64,000 nt of DNA from Lachnospiraceae bacterium (GCA_024692955.1 JAILLW010000044.1:7027-71026), one strand, 5' to 3'. Positions 16,481-25,599 are shown, counted from the first letter of the stretch. Numbers and translations are program-made. Notes: a model not told the origin generated them from the letters alone.

Positions 16481-16613
16481 CCCTAACTAACTAGGCTCAT
16501 TTTGCCCCATGCGTCGGTCGGACCGCATAAAAGCGGGATCAGAAACGATCAGGCCGGCCGCGGAAACGGATTTTCCGCGGAATGCATGTATCAAGGAAGA
16601 AAGGAGGGGCTCT

Positions 16614-17927
16614 ATGGCAGCATATAATTCTAAAGTAGACACGATCTACAATCATTATCTGACATCGTATGCACCGAAGGGTGCGGTATCCAAGTACGAT
16701 TCTCACAAAAAAGACGAGCTTCGGGGCGTATATCGCTCTATGCTTAAACTGAACAAAGACGCGCCCCTCTATATCCTGGATTCCAGTAAAGAATCCAGGA
16801 GCTTCGTGGTTAATCTGAAAGAAAACGCGCGGAGTCTGAGGAATACCATCGCCGAACTCGGCGGTGTCGATGATGACCGCATGTTCAGCAAGAAATCGGC
16901 CTATTCCACCGATGAGAATATGGTCTCCGCTTCCTTCATCGGAGAGATCGAAGACGGAGACAGCGCTCCCACCTATGATCTGGAAGTAAGAAAACTCGCT
17001 TCCAATCAGGAGAATCTGGGACACGCCTTAAGATCCGACGACAAAGCGGCCCTTCAGCCGGGCACCTATTCCTTTGATATCGGGATCAATGATGTCAGTT
17101 ACGAATTCCAGTTCAACATCCGTGAAGATGATACGAACCGGGATATTCAGGAGCGGCTGGCACGTCTGGTATCCAAGGCGGATATCGGGATCCATGCCGA
17201 TGTGCTCGACGGCGAGAACGGACGGTCCGCTCTCCGCTTATCCTCCGCGGAATCCGGTCTGAAAAAGGGCGGCGAACTGATCTTCACCATATCCGAGGAT
17301 CGTTCCTCGATGGCTTCCGGTACCGTGGAGTATCTCGGTCTCAATTATGTATCGAAAACGCCTTCCAACGCGGAATTCCTCCTGAACGGAGAAGAGCGCA
17401 GCGCGTCCTCGAACCACTTTACCATCGACAGTACCTATGAAGTGACCCTGAACAATCCGGCCCCGGCCGGTGGCAGAAGCGCCAGGATCGGTGTCAAGAC
17501 GGATCTCGATTCCATTACGGAAAACGTGGGGAATCTGCTCGGAAAATACAATCAGTTCATCCGTGCCGCCGCGGAATACCGCGAAGCACATCCGATGAGC
17601 ACGAAGCTCATGAACGATATGGACCGGATGGTCTCCTATTATTCCGAGAACTTCAAAAATCTCGGTATCAGCGCCGAAAAGGACGGTACCTTAAGTCTGG
17701 ATGAGCGGGGATTCAAATCCGCACTGGCCGGTGATGAGGATTTCTCCTCCTTGAAATCGGTCAAGGGCTTTGCTTCCTCCATCCTTAACAAATCCAATCA
17801 GATCTCTTTGAACCCCATGGAATATGTGGACAAAAAGATCGCTGCTTATAAAAACCCCGGGCACAATTTCGTGGCCCCTTACGCGAGCAGCACCTACGCC
17901 GGTATGTTCTTTAACGGCTACGGCTAG
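16614..17927 (+). CDS. Divergent FliD-like protein (putative flagellar filament cap / HAP2); only plus-strand gene
   Basis: The ATG at 16614 is preceded by AAAGGAGG. The central region reads TYDLEVRKLASNQENLG...YSFDIGINDVSYEFQFNIREDDTNRDIQERLARLVSKADIGIHADVLDGENGRSALRLSSAESG. This follows the FliD pattern (V-x-x-LA, single-sample series, DTL-x-D-I-x-x-IN, GV-x-A, L-x-L-t-S). The termini are atypical. Confidence 0.45.
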   Translation: MAAYNSKVDTIYNHYLTSYAPKGAVSKYDSHKKDELRGVYRSMLKLNKDAPLYILDSSKESRSFVVNLKENARSLRNTIAELGGVDDDRMFSKKSAYSTDENMVSASFIGEIEDGDSAPTYDLEVRKLASNQENLGHALRSDDKAALQPGTYSFDIGINDVSYEFQFNIREDDTNRDIQERLARLVSKADIGIHADVLDGENGRSALRLSSAESGLKKGGELIFTISEDRSSMASGTVEYLGLNYVSKTPSNAEFLLNGEERSASSNHFTIDSTYEVTLNNPAPAGGRSARIGVKTDLDSITENVGNLLGKYNQFIRAAAEYREAHPMSTKLMNDMDRMVSYYSENFKNLGISAEKDGTLSLDERGFKSALAGDEDFSSLKSVKGFASSILNKSNQISLNPMEYVDKKIAAYKNPGHNFVAPYASSTYAGMFFNGYG

Positions 17928-18261
17928 GATCCGCCTGATACTTTTCGAGCATCGCGTAATCATCCATCAGTTCAAGGATCTTCCTTCGCCCGTCTTTGTT
18001 AAGGCGGGCGAAGCTGCTTATCAGTTTTCTTTCATAAAGCTTCCGATTCGCTCCGGAAAGCTCCTCGATCCCCGAAAAATCCGCCGGCGAGAGATTCAGT
18101 CTCTCGCACATCCGAAGGACCGTTCCGTAGGCCATCCCCTCGATCCCGCGGTCGAGTGCGGTCACAAGCGTACTGTAGGGAATGCCCGTTTCGTTGCAGA
18201 AAGCCCGTATGCTTTTGTACTGCTCAAGGATCGCGTCCTTTAAGATCTCGGATTTCGTCAT
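17911..18261 (-). CDS. XRE-family helix-turn-helix transcriptional regulator
   Basis: 116 aa. Reads SIRAFCNETGIPYSTLVTALDRGIEGMAYGTVLRMCERLNLSPADF, an HTH_XRE pattern. It starts 22 nt after csrA, and its 3' end overlaps the convergent FliD-like gene by 17 nt. Confidence 0.65.
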   Translation of the reverse strand: MTKSEILKDAILEQYKSIRAFCNETGIPYSTLVTALDRGIEGMAYGTVLRMCERLNLSPADFSGIEELSGANRKLYERKLISSFARLNKDGRRKILELMDDYAMLEKYQADPSRSR

Positions 18262-18283
18262 TTTCAGTCCCCGGTCTCCGTTC

Positions 18284-18505
18284 CTACTTCAGAAGATCCT
18301 TCAGTGCTTCCATACCCTGCGTATCCGCATTGGCTGCCTGGTTCGCTTCCTGGATCTGAACATATACCTCTTTACGGTATACGGGTACCTCCTTGGGTGC
18401 CGTGATGCCGAGCTTTACCTGCTCGCCCTTGATCTCCAGAACGGTGACTTCGATATTGTTGTTGAGTATCAGTGCTTCATTCTTTTTTCTCGATAATGCC
18501 AGCAT
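18284..18505 (-). CDS. csrA: Carbon storage regulator CsrA
   Basis: Reads MLALSRKKNEALILNNNIEVTVLEIKGEQVKLGITAPKEVPVYRKEVY, the canonical CsrA sequence. I chose the start at the MLxLSRK Met; the ORF track begins 4 codons earlier. Confidence 0.9.
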   Translation of the reverse strand: MLALSRKKNEALILNNNIEVTVLEIKGEQVKLGITAPKEVPVYRKEVYVQIQEANQAANADTQGMEALKDLLK

Positions 18506-18506
18506 G

Positions 18507-18962
18507 TTACTCACCACCCTTCTTCGCTTTCAGGATCTCATAGATCGGGAACCTTACCTGAAGGCTGTTATCTTCGATGATCACCTGGGCGGCCTTTTTG
18601 GTCAGCGCATTGATGATAATGGGACCTCTTAAGTTTACGGTCATTTTGGTCAGATCGGACGGTACCGTTACCGTTACCATGACCAGTGTCTCTTCCGGAT
18701 TCAATTCGCCGAGAGGCTTTAAGATCTCATCATCCACCTCGGGATTGTAGTCTTCCTTCACGGTCAGAGGATCCATAACCGGCATCGCAAACGCCGGCTC
18801 CTGCATGGACTGCAGCCAGTGAATGCCTCCGACGCCCTTGTCCGCGTCATGGAGGAGGGCAAAATCCGTCAGATCCGGGAATCCGATGATACCGGACGGG
18901 AATTTGATGATCTTGTCATCCTCAATCGTAATTTCTCCGAAATTTTTCGTTGTAACAGTCAT
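18507..18962 (-). CDS. fliW: Flagellar assembly factor FliW
   Basis: Reads MTVTTKNFGEITIEDDKIIKFPSGIIGFPDLTDFALL...WLQS...FAMPVMDP...NLRGPIIIN. The ATG at 18962 is preceded by AAGGAGAG. The upstream ORF extension is unlikely to be translated. Confidence 0.85.
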   Translation of the reverse strand: MTVTTKNFGEITIEDDKIIKFPSGIIGFPDLTDFALLHDADKGVGGIHWLQSMQEPAFAMPVMDPLTVKEDYNPEVDDEILKPLGELNPEETLVMVTVTVPSDLTKMTVNLRGPIIINALTKKAAQVIIEDNSLQVRFPIYEILKAKKGGE

Positions 18963-19108
18963 AGTTACACTCTCCTTTCCGCGCTCCGCGCTCGTGGGGT
19001 TATAGCATAAAACAAGACTACGAATCGTTCCGTGCTTCGCACTCTCACGATTCTCCAAAAGATTCGGAATTCGCGGGGCCCCTGCCCCGCTGCTCCCTCA
19101 TCTTTTGA

Positions 19109-19132
19109 CGGGGCATAAGGTCTTTTGCCCCG
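19109..19132 (-). terminator. Hairpin CGGGGCA-N10-UGCCCCG just after the flgL stop (possible weak terminator or processing element)
   Basis: Read directly. There is no strong U-tract. A second GC hairpin (GCGGGGC/GCCCCGC) sits at 19073-19090. Confidence 0.25.
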
Positions 19133-19138
19133 GTCTTG

Positions 19139-20806
19139 TTAGATGTAGTTCATTAACGTCGTCTGCATGATCTTGCTGGTTGCCATCAGGGAGGACTCAT
19201 AGGTCAGCTCCGCGGATTTCAGTTCGATGGCCACCTCGGCTATGTCCACACCTTCGTTCTTGTCCTGAAGTTCACGGAAGGAGGTCTTCTGCTCCACCAG
19301 ACGGTTCTTGATGAGAGCCAGTCTGGATGACCTCGTACCGTTATCCGTCACCGCCACATTGACATCCGCCTGATACTCCTGGGTCTTGGAGATCATATGC
19401 TCAAAGGCGGTGTGAATGTTCTCGCGGATATAATCGTAAGCCTTGTTGGCAGCGTCCATCTGCTTCACCGTGTCCGCGTAATCCGCATCGGACTCTTCCA
19501 TATCCCGGAGGGCATCCTTAAGATCCGTCCGGATCGCGTAGATGTCCTTCATCTTTGTCATAATGTTCTGAAGATCGTCCAGGTCCCTCTTAAGGTCGTG
19601 GGGGAAGATCTCCTGAGCCGTGGAATTTACTTCGATGATCTGATTGTATCCCACGTCATAGCTGATGGTCTGGCGCTTTATTCCTATCTCGGCATCCGTG
19701 TATTCGCTGTTGTAGTCAATGGTATTTTCCGTTCCGGAGGCATCCTTCGCCGTGGCGGAACACTTGAAATAATGCTCCGGGCGGAGATCTCCGTTATTCC
19801 AGTGATCCTTCGTATAGGTCACGCGGATCTCCATATTCTCCTCGCCGACACCCGGAGTCCCGGCGATCGGCGGATCCACCGTATCATCGCCTTCCGTCCC
19901 CTGGGCAGCGGCCTGATAGGTATCATTGAGGGTTTTGAAGGCTCCGTCCGAAAAGAGGATCTCTCCCGTTTCCGGAACATAGATCACCAGGTTTCCTCCC
20001 GGGTTGGAATCCAGGATCTGCTTATAGGGATCATTCCCGAGGGATACCGCAGTGGCCGTTACGGAATGCAGAGCCGGATCCGAATACGTAAGCGGCGATC
20101 CGCTCTTCGAATAGAGCTCGACCTTCAGTGTCTGGCCGTCCTTGATATCGTCATAGGCAAGCCGGAGCCGCTTGATGTCACCGTTTTCGATCTTCTGTTC
20201 CGTGGTGTCATGGGTACCGTCGGTATAGTTGTTGGGATTCAGCCCCTCGAGCTTGTCGATATAGGTATAATTCATGGTATCGAAGGCATCGATCTTCGTC
20301 TGCTCCGTGATCTCGTAGCTCGGGAAATTATCATCCTCCGTCATCTTCGATACATCCGCCGTGGTAAAAGTCATGGGCGTATCGGTCCGGTATCCCGTAA
20401 AGAGATACCGCCCGGCATAATCGGAGTTTCCGGTGGAATAGAACTCATCCATATAGGACTTTACCTGAGTAAGGATGATGTCCAGTTCGTTCGGAGTAAG
20501 GTCCTTGTTCGCCGCCTTGTTGGATTCCTTCATCATATCGGTCAGGATATCGTTCATCACGGCCAGACCGTCGGAGGTCACCTTCAGCCAGTTGTCCGCG
20601 TCCGCGGCGTTCTTATCATTATACTGGGTAAGTTCGGAAACGCTGCTCCGAAGACGCAGAGCCCTGATCGCCACCACCGGATCATCCGACGGACGGGTCA
20701 GTTTTTTCTGAGTTGACATCTGGGTGCTGAGTTTATCCTGAAGGACCTTGTTCTGGTTAATGTTATACAGAGAATTATTCTGCATGATCTTATTGGTCAT
20801 ACGCAT
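19139..20806 (-). CDS. flgL: Flagellar hook-associated protein 3 FlgL
   Basis: Reads MRMTNKIMQNNSLYNINQNKVLQDKLSTQMSTQKKLTRPSDDPVVAIRAL, with a C-terminal flagellin-like helix DIAEVAIELKSAELTYESSLMATSKIMQTTLMNYI. The track ORF starts at a GTG 3 codons upstream. Confidence 0.85.
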   Translation of the reverse strand: MRMTNKIMQNNSLYNINQNKVLQDKLSTQMSTQKKLTRPSDDPVVAIRALRLRSSVSELTQYNDKNAADADNWLKVTSDGLAVMNDILTDMMKESNKAANKDLTPNELDIILTQVKSYMDEFYSTGNSDYAGRYLFTGYRTDTPMTFTTADVSKMTEDDNFPSYEITEQTKIDAFDTMNYTYIDKLEGLNPNNYTDGTHDTTEQKIENGDIKRLRLAYDDIKDGQTLKVELYSKSGSPLTYSDPALHSVTATAVSLGNDPYKQILDSNPGGNLVIYVPETGEILFSDGAFKTLNDTYQAAAQGTEGDDTVDPPIAGTPGVGEENMEIRVTYTKDHWNNGDLRPEHYFKCSATAKDASGTENTIDYNSEYTDAEIGIKRQTISYDVGYNQIIEVNSTAQEIFPHDLKRDLDDLQNIMTKMKDIYAIRTDLKDALRDMEESDADYADTVKQMDAANKAYDYIRENIHTAFEHMISKTQEYQADVNVAVTDNGTRSSRLALIKNRLVEQKTSFRELQDKNEGVDIAEVAIELKSAELTYESSLMATSKIMQTTLMNYI

Positions 20807-20856
20807 AGCATTCACCGTCTTTCCGCAGTCGAATAAAAGACTGCTCCGTATTCATG

Positions 20857-20889
20857 GCATCCTTGCGGGGAAAAAGTCGACATCCTTGT
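20857..20889 (-). promoter_or_regulatory. Two CsrA-consensus motifs in the flgL leader: GACAAGGAUGUC (hairpin GACA/UGUC) and GCAAGGAUGC
   Basis: Read on the minus strand: agACAAGGATGTcgactttttccccGCAAGGATGCc, with the GGA triplets 23 nt apart. The sites are 50-85 nt upstream of the flgL ATG. Confidence 0.45.
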
Positions 20890-20913
20890 CTTGAAATATG
20901 AGATTCGATATAT

Positions 20914-20941
20914 ATATCGGACTGTTCTTCAGGAATATTTA
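20914..20941 (-). promoter_or_regulatory. Sigma-D/sigma-28-type promoter TAAA-N16-TCCGATAT upstream of flgL
   Basis: The minus strand reads CTAAATATTCCTGAAGAACAGTCCGATATATATATCG. It follows the terminator at 20973-21002. Confidence 0.45.
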
Positions 20942-20972
20942 GTTATATCTTACACTATTTTTCGTTTTTCAT

Positions 20973-21002
20973 AAAGAAAAAACCGACCACTTCCGGCCGG
21001 TT
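20973..21002 (-). terminator. Rho-independent terminator after the second flgK
   Basis: Minus-strand RNA reads AACCGGCC-GGAAGU-GGUCGGUU followed by UUUUCUUUAU. It starts 26 nt after the stop at 21028. Confidence 0.7.
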
Positions 21003-21027
21003 TTCTCTTCCTTTTCCATCATCCGGA

Positions 21028-22956
21028 TCAGACGCCCGTATTCAGGATCAGCTGGTCATAGATCTCCGTGAGAGTCTGGATCATCTTGGAAGCCAGCGTG
21101 TAATTATTCTGGTATTTCACGAGACTCACAGCCTCTTCGTCCTCATCCACGCCGGAGATGGAAGTCCTCTGGTTGTCGATGGAATTCTTCAGCCCTTCGT
21201 AGGTGGTCTTATAGACATCCGCGTTGGATTTGTTGAGGGCCACATCCGAGATCAGGATCTCCAGCATCTGGTTCGCGGGAGCGTTCCGGAAACTGAACTT
21301 GCTCTTCGTGGTCAGGGTGTCGATGACTTCCTTGATCTGCTCACACTCTTCCACACCCACATGCGGGTTGGACCGGGAGCCGAGAAGATCCGCGTCGTTA
21401 AGGAGGGCATCCGTTACGCTGACGGTTCCGGCAGTCATATAATAGTATCCGTACTTATCCGTCTCCAGCTCCTTATAGCTCACTTCCTCGCCGATCTTCC
21501 GGCAGGCGAACAGGTTCGTTCCGGGGTCTCCGTAGGCGTTGGTAGCCACTACCGGTGCTCCGTCGACGGCCTTTCCGGTGGAAGGATCCTGCCCGGCCGT
21601 CAGAATGCCGTTGATCTTGTCCGTGAAGGAGCGGAGGAACGCGCTCATCTGGGTCATATAATAAGGGATACCCTGATAAGCCAGCGCTTCCTGGGTCTTG
21701 ACCTGATCGTTCACCGTGATCTCTCTCGAGGAGCCCTTCTCCGGATCCAGGGTGAATTTGTAGGCTTCCACGACTCTCTGGCCGTTTTCGTCAAGCACAT
21801 AATCCGAACCGTCCATCTCATAGACCGGCTCCCACTCATCATAGTAATATACCGCATTGCCGATGGTGATCTCGCCCTGGGAGGGAAGGTTGCAGTCAAT
21901 GAGCGCCTTCAGATAATCATCGCTCACGCCCACCGTGACCGTCTGCTTCGTCACGGCGTCCGCTCCGTCACCTACGGTAACACTTCCTTTCTCCCTGACC
22001 TTTCCGTTGAAGTTCTGGCCGTTGTTTCCGTCCCGAAGATCCACGAGGCCGCGGAGCTTTCCGTTCAGGGCGGCATTGTTCAGATTAAACTCGTTTCCGT
22101 TGCCCCACTTGATCTTGTAAAGGCCGTCCACGTCGGTCTGGTTCAGACCTTCGTCATTCGCCCTTGCCACGCAGGAGAGCTCATCATAATCGTTTCCGTC
22201 AACCAGGAGCTGTCCGCCCGCGATCTTGACCACATAGCGGGTTCCGCCGGTCTCTCTCGTCGGATCGTTCGTATCGTAGATCGGGGTCTCCCGGATCTCC
22301 ACGTCCACATATTCGGAAAGGCGGTCGATCAGAAGATCCCGCTGGTCCCGGAGGTCGTTGGCGATCCCGCCGGAAAGCTCGATGACGTTGATCTGCTTGC
22401 TCAGGGTAGCCACCTGCGAGGAAATGGAATTGATCTGGTCCACGCACTGCTTGATCTCGAGGTTGATATCCTTCTGGACCTCCTGAAGATTGCCGTACAT
22501 GCTGTTGAAATAATCGGTGAGAGCCTGCACGGAGGCAACGAAATTCGCCTTCGTGGAGGTCGTGCTGGCGTCCTTCGTAACCTCCTGAAGGGCATCCCGC
22601 ATCTTATTGAAGATCGTTACGAAACCGCTGGTTCCGTCATCATTGAAATAATCCTCGATCTCACGGTCGTAATAGTCCTTGATATTGTACTGACCGTAAT
22701 TTGCGTGGTTATCCCAGAATTTCACGTCATAAAAGCTGTCGCGCACACGCTCGATGGAAAGGGTCTCGACTCCGGCGCCGGCGCAGCCGTAGGTCGCGAA
22801 TACACGAAGGGCGTCCGCCGCCTGGGAATCCACTTTCTGGCGGGAATACCCGTCGGTCTGCACGTTCGAGATGTTGTTTGCCGTCGTATTCAGGGCCGCA
22901 TTCGCGTTCCGAAGTCCGCTGCCCGCTATGGATAATCCGAAAAACTGTGAAGGCAT
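21028..22956 (-). CDS. flgK: Flagellar hook-associated protein 1 FlgK (paralogue 2)
   Basis: 642 aa. N-terminus FGLSIAGSGLRNANAALNTTANNISNVQTDGYSRQ. C-terminus ISGVDEDEEAVSLVKYQNNYTLASKMIQTLTEIYDQLI. Confidence 0.85.
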   Translation of the reverse strand: MPSQFFGLSIAGSGLRNANAALNTTANNISNVQTDGYSRQKVDSQAADALRVFATYGCAGAGVETLSIERVRDSFYDVKFWDNHANYGQYNIKDYYDREIEDYFNDDGTSGFVTIFNKMRDALQEVTKDASTTSTKANFVASVQALTDYFNSMYGNLQEVQKDINLEIKQCVDQINSISSQVATLSKQINVIELSGGIANDLRDQRDLLIDRLSEYVDVEIRETPIYDTNDPTRETGGTRYVVKIAGGQLLVDGNDYDELSCVARANDEGLNQTDVDGLYKIKWGNGNEFNLNNAALNGKLRGLVDLRDGNNGQNFNGKVREKGSVTVGDGADAVTKQTVTVGVSDDYLKALIDCNLPSQGEITIGNAVYYYDEWEPVYEMDGSDYVLDENGQRVVEAYKFTLDPEKGSSREITVNDQVKTQEALAYQGIPYYMTQMSAFLRSFTDKINGILTAGQDPSTGKAVDGAPVVATNAYGDPGTNLFACRKIGEEVSYKELETDKYGYYYMTAGTVSVTDALLNDADLLGSRSNPHVGVEECEQIKEVIDTLTTKSKFSFRNAPANQMLEILISDVALNKSNADVYKTTYEGLKNSIDNQRTSISGVDEDEEAVSLVKYQNNYTLASKMIQTLTEIYDQLILNTGV

Positions 22957-22967
22957 AGGGTCTCTCC

Positions 22968-24764
22968 TTATCTTCCGAGGGTGGTGAGGATGTGCTCGAT
23001 CATCTCGTTAATGGCATTTACATATCTGCTGGATGCGTTAAACGCGTTCTGGAACTGGATCATGTTCGAAAGCTCCTCATCCGAGGATACTCCGAGGATC
23101 TCCTCCCGGGCGCTTCGGATATTGGTCACCGTAATGGTCTGGTTCGCGGAGATCCCGCGCATCACATAGCCGGTATTGGACACCTGGGAGATCAGGTTAT
23201 TGTAATAGTTCGTAAGGTTCGTCGTGGTCCGTACATCCGGATTCAGGGTATAGATCTCGCTTGCGAAAACGGACTTTAAGGCATCGCCTATGAACTCGTG
23301 ATCCGCCTTGCCGTCCGGACGGATGAAGCCCAGCAACGAGGGGGCCTTTCTCAGAGTCTCGTTGATCTTCACATTCGTTGTCGTAAAGCCCGGGCCGTCT
23401 GCCGAATCGTCCGTCATATTGAACATGGTATAAGGCTTTCCCGTGGCGGGGTCCACCAGATAGCCGTCGGCGTCAAAGGAAGGCTCGTTTCCGCCGCCGT
23501 CCAGCCATTTCCCGGTATCGGGATCCTTCGTATAGGTCGCGGAACCGTCTTTGCTCCTTATCTGATAGGTTCCGTCGGGAAGATCTTCCTTTATGCAGCC
23601 GTTTCCGAAAAGGGCCGCCTCGTAGAGGACGCTGTTGATCCCCGTGGTCACCTGATTCACAAGCTTGTCGAATTCGGCCATAACATTCATCACGACGGAA
23701 TCCTTGATCTTCGCATAGGCCTTCGCATCCAGCGCATCCTTCTCGGCCTGTGTCGCTCCCGGAGGATAATCCGAAGGATCCGCCTTCATATCCGCGAAGG
23801 TCGTCCGCCTGTCACCTCTTGCGAGCAGAAGCCCCTTCAGGGAACCGATATCCGTATTCATGTCGCTGGAGATCTCGCGGTCCATATTGAAGACACGCCC
23901 GATGATGTTTCCGTTGGCATCCGCCGTCGGATTACCGTCCGCGTCGTATTTTGCCAGCATCTTCCAGTAGGGCGTGTAGAAACCGGTCACGGGATCGGTA
24001 TAGATCTCCAGTTCCTTGACGCTTCCCACGTTCACGAAATCAACGCCTTCGATCTGGATCAGATAATTGCCGTCTACGTCCGTATCGAGCGTGATGTTCG
24101 CGATCTCGGAAAGCTCGTCAACCAGACGGTTTCTCTCATCGTTAAGGTCATTCGCGTGCTCGACCTCGCCGGCCTCGATCTTCAGGATCGCCTGGTTCAC
24201 CTCGTCGATGCGCCTTCCGATCTCGTTGATGCGGTCCGTCTTCTGTTTTACGTCGAAATTCAGATCGTCCTGATAGGTCGCCAGATCATCATAGACCAGC
24301 CGGGAACGGTTGATGAACTCGTTGCAGCGCTGTACCAGAACGCCCTGGTTTACCGTATTGGAAGGATCCTTCGCGATCTCCTCCACGGATTCCCAGATGT
24401 TCTTCAGCGTATCTGCGAACGCTTCCCCGTCCAGCTCCTGAAAGATCTCCTCCACCTCTTCGATGGCATCGCAGGAGATATTGTAGAAACCTTCCCTGCC
24501 GTGCTCCCGGCGGTAGGATTTGTCCAAAAAATAATCCCGAACCTGCGCCACCTCGGCGAATTTCACGCCGAGCCCCACCTGCTGATAAGCATTGGCGGAC
24601 GCCGATTTCGAGATCGTATTGTAAAACCGGGTCGACTGCCTTACCTGCTGACGTGTGTAGCCTTCGGTGTCCACGTTCGTCATATTGTGCGCCACGGTGT
24701 TCAGCGCGTTCTGTGATGTCTGTAAGCCGCTGGCTCCTACATAAAGGCTGCCGAAAATACCCAT
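22968..24764 (-). CDS. flgK: Flagellar hook-associated protein 1 FlgK (paralogue 1)
   Basis: 598 aa. N-terminus LYVGASGLQTSQNALNTVAHNMTNVDTEGYTRQ. C-terminus GVSSDEELSNMIQFQNAFNASSRYVNAINEMIEHIL. Confidence 0.85.
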   Translation of the reverse strand: MGIFGSLYVGASGLQTSQNALNTVAHNMTNVDTEGYTRQQVRQSTRFYNTISKSASANAYQQVGLGVKFAEVAQVRDYFLDKSYRREHGREGFYNISCDAIEEVEEIFQELDGEAFADTLKNIWESVEEIAKDPSNTVNQGVLVQRCNEFINRSRLVYDDLATYQDDLNFDVKQKTDRINEIGRRIDEVNQAILKIEAGEVEHANDLNDERNRLVDELSEIANITLDTDVDGNYLIQIEGVDFVNVGSVKELEIYTDPVTGFYTPYWKMLAKYDADGNPTADANGNIIGRVFNMDREISSDMNTDIGSLKGLLLARGDRRTTFADMKADPSDYPPGATQAEKDALDAKAYAKIKDSVVMNVMAEFDKLVNQVTTGINSVLYEAALFGNGCIKEDLPDGTYQIRSKDGSATYTKDPDTGKWLDGGGNEPSFDADGYLVDPATGKPYTMFNMTDDSADGPGFTTTNVKINETLRKAPSLLGFIRPDGKADHEFIGDALKSVFASEIYTLNPDVRTTTNLTNYYNNLISQVSNTGYVMRGISANQTITVTNIRSAREEILGVSSDEELSNMIQFQNAFNASSRYVNAINEMIEHILTTLGR

Positions 24765-24788
24765 ATTTTTTATCCTCTTACAGGGACC

Positions 24789-25307
24789 CTACTGTTTTGC
24801 ATCGAAACCGCTGGGCGGGATGCCCATCTGCATTCCGGCGGAATACGCTCCTTTATCGTAATTTGCGGTCTCCGGCCCGGTCTTCATGGTCTTCAGCATA
24901 TTCATTTCGAATTCGACCATCTCCATGGCGTTCGCAAGAAGGATCCTGTTCTGTTCGTTTGCCCGTTTCACCGCGTACACCACGGCACGCAGCCGATCGT
25001 GAACCCTGGCAAGTTTCTGCTGCTCCTCGGGCCGCTGGCCGAGCATATCGACCAGGTCCGAGAGCATCAGGGTCTTTACGTCCCTGTTGATCACATTGGC
25101 GATGTCGCGAAAAGTTTCCTGCCGCTGTTTATCATAGCGGCCGATCCGCCCCACGACTTCCTGTTCTTCATCCGTAATGCGGGATAATTCACTCAAGTCG
25201 CCCTTCACGATCACGGGCGACTTGGCTTCGGACAGCTTAAGCAAGTTCTCGTATTCCTGACTCTCGTTGCCGAGAATATCGATCAGGTTTTCCATCAAAC
25301 TTGCCAT
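24789..25307 (-). CDS. flgN: FlgN-family flagellar export chaperone
   Basis: 172-aa helical protein (LIDILGNESQEYENLLKLSEAK...). It occupies the canonical position between flgM and flgK. Confidence 0.65.
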   Translation of the reverse strand: MASLMENLIDILGNESQEYENLLKLSEAKSPVIVKGDLSELSRITDEEQEVVGRIGRYDKQRQETFRDIANVINRDVKTLMLSDLVDMLGQRPEEQQKLARVHDRLRAVVYAVKRANEQNRILLANAMEMVEFEMNMLKTMKTGPETANYDKGAYSAGMQMGIPPSGFDAKQ

Positions 25308-25311
25308 AAGC

Positions 25312-25599
25312 TTATCCTAATGCCTGAAAGTTCGAATAGAGCTTGTCCGCGAAACTGTCTACATCCACGCTGTAGGTTCCGTTCTTGATCTGCTCCTTGA
25401 TGGAGTTCACAAGATCCGTTCTGATATCGGGTGCCTTGTTAACGGCAGCTTTCGCTGTCTGGATGTCTTTTCCTGCACTGCTCAGCTGAAGCTGGTCGGA
25501 AAAGCTCGGCCTGGCCGATGCCGCCTGCTGCGGACGGGATGCGTTCTTCGCGCTTGTGAGTTTTTGAACCTGCATCTGGGTATATGCATCGATTCTCAT
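25312..25599 (-). CDS. flgM: Anti-sigma-28 factor FlgM
   Basis: 95 aa. Disordered N-terminus, then the C-terminal stretch IRTDLVNSIKEQIKNGTYSVDVDSFADKL, typical of FlgM. Confidence 0.8.
   Translation of the reverse strand: MRIDAYTQMQVQKLTSAKNASRPQQAASARPSFSDQLQLSSAGKDIQTAKAAVNKAPDIRTDLVNSIKEQIKNGTYSVDVDSFADKLYSNFQALG

Noticed and set aside
16509-16613. 35-codon N-terminal extension of the plus-strand ORF (track start 16509).
   Set aside because: The extension is Arg-rich, lacks an RBS and would begin inside the promoter/leader region. The ATG at 16614 has a strong AAAGGAGG 6 nt upstream.
20816-21027. c-di-GMP or other riboswitch in the flagellar leaders (also 25600-25704).
   Set aside because: The leaders are about 55-110 nt, and I could not find GEMM-type conserved elements. 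The conserved features I see are sigma-D-like boxes and GGA (CsrA-type) motifs only.
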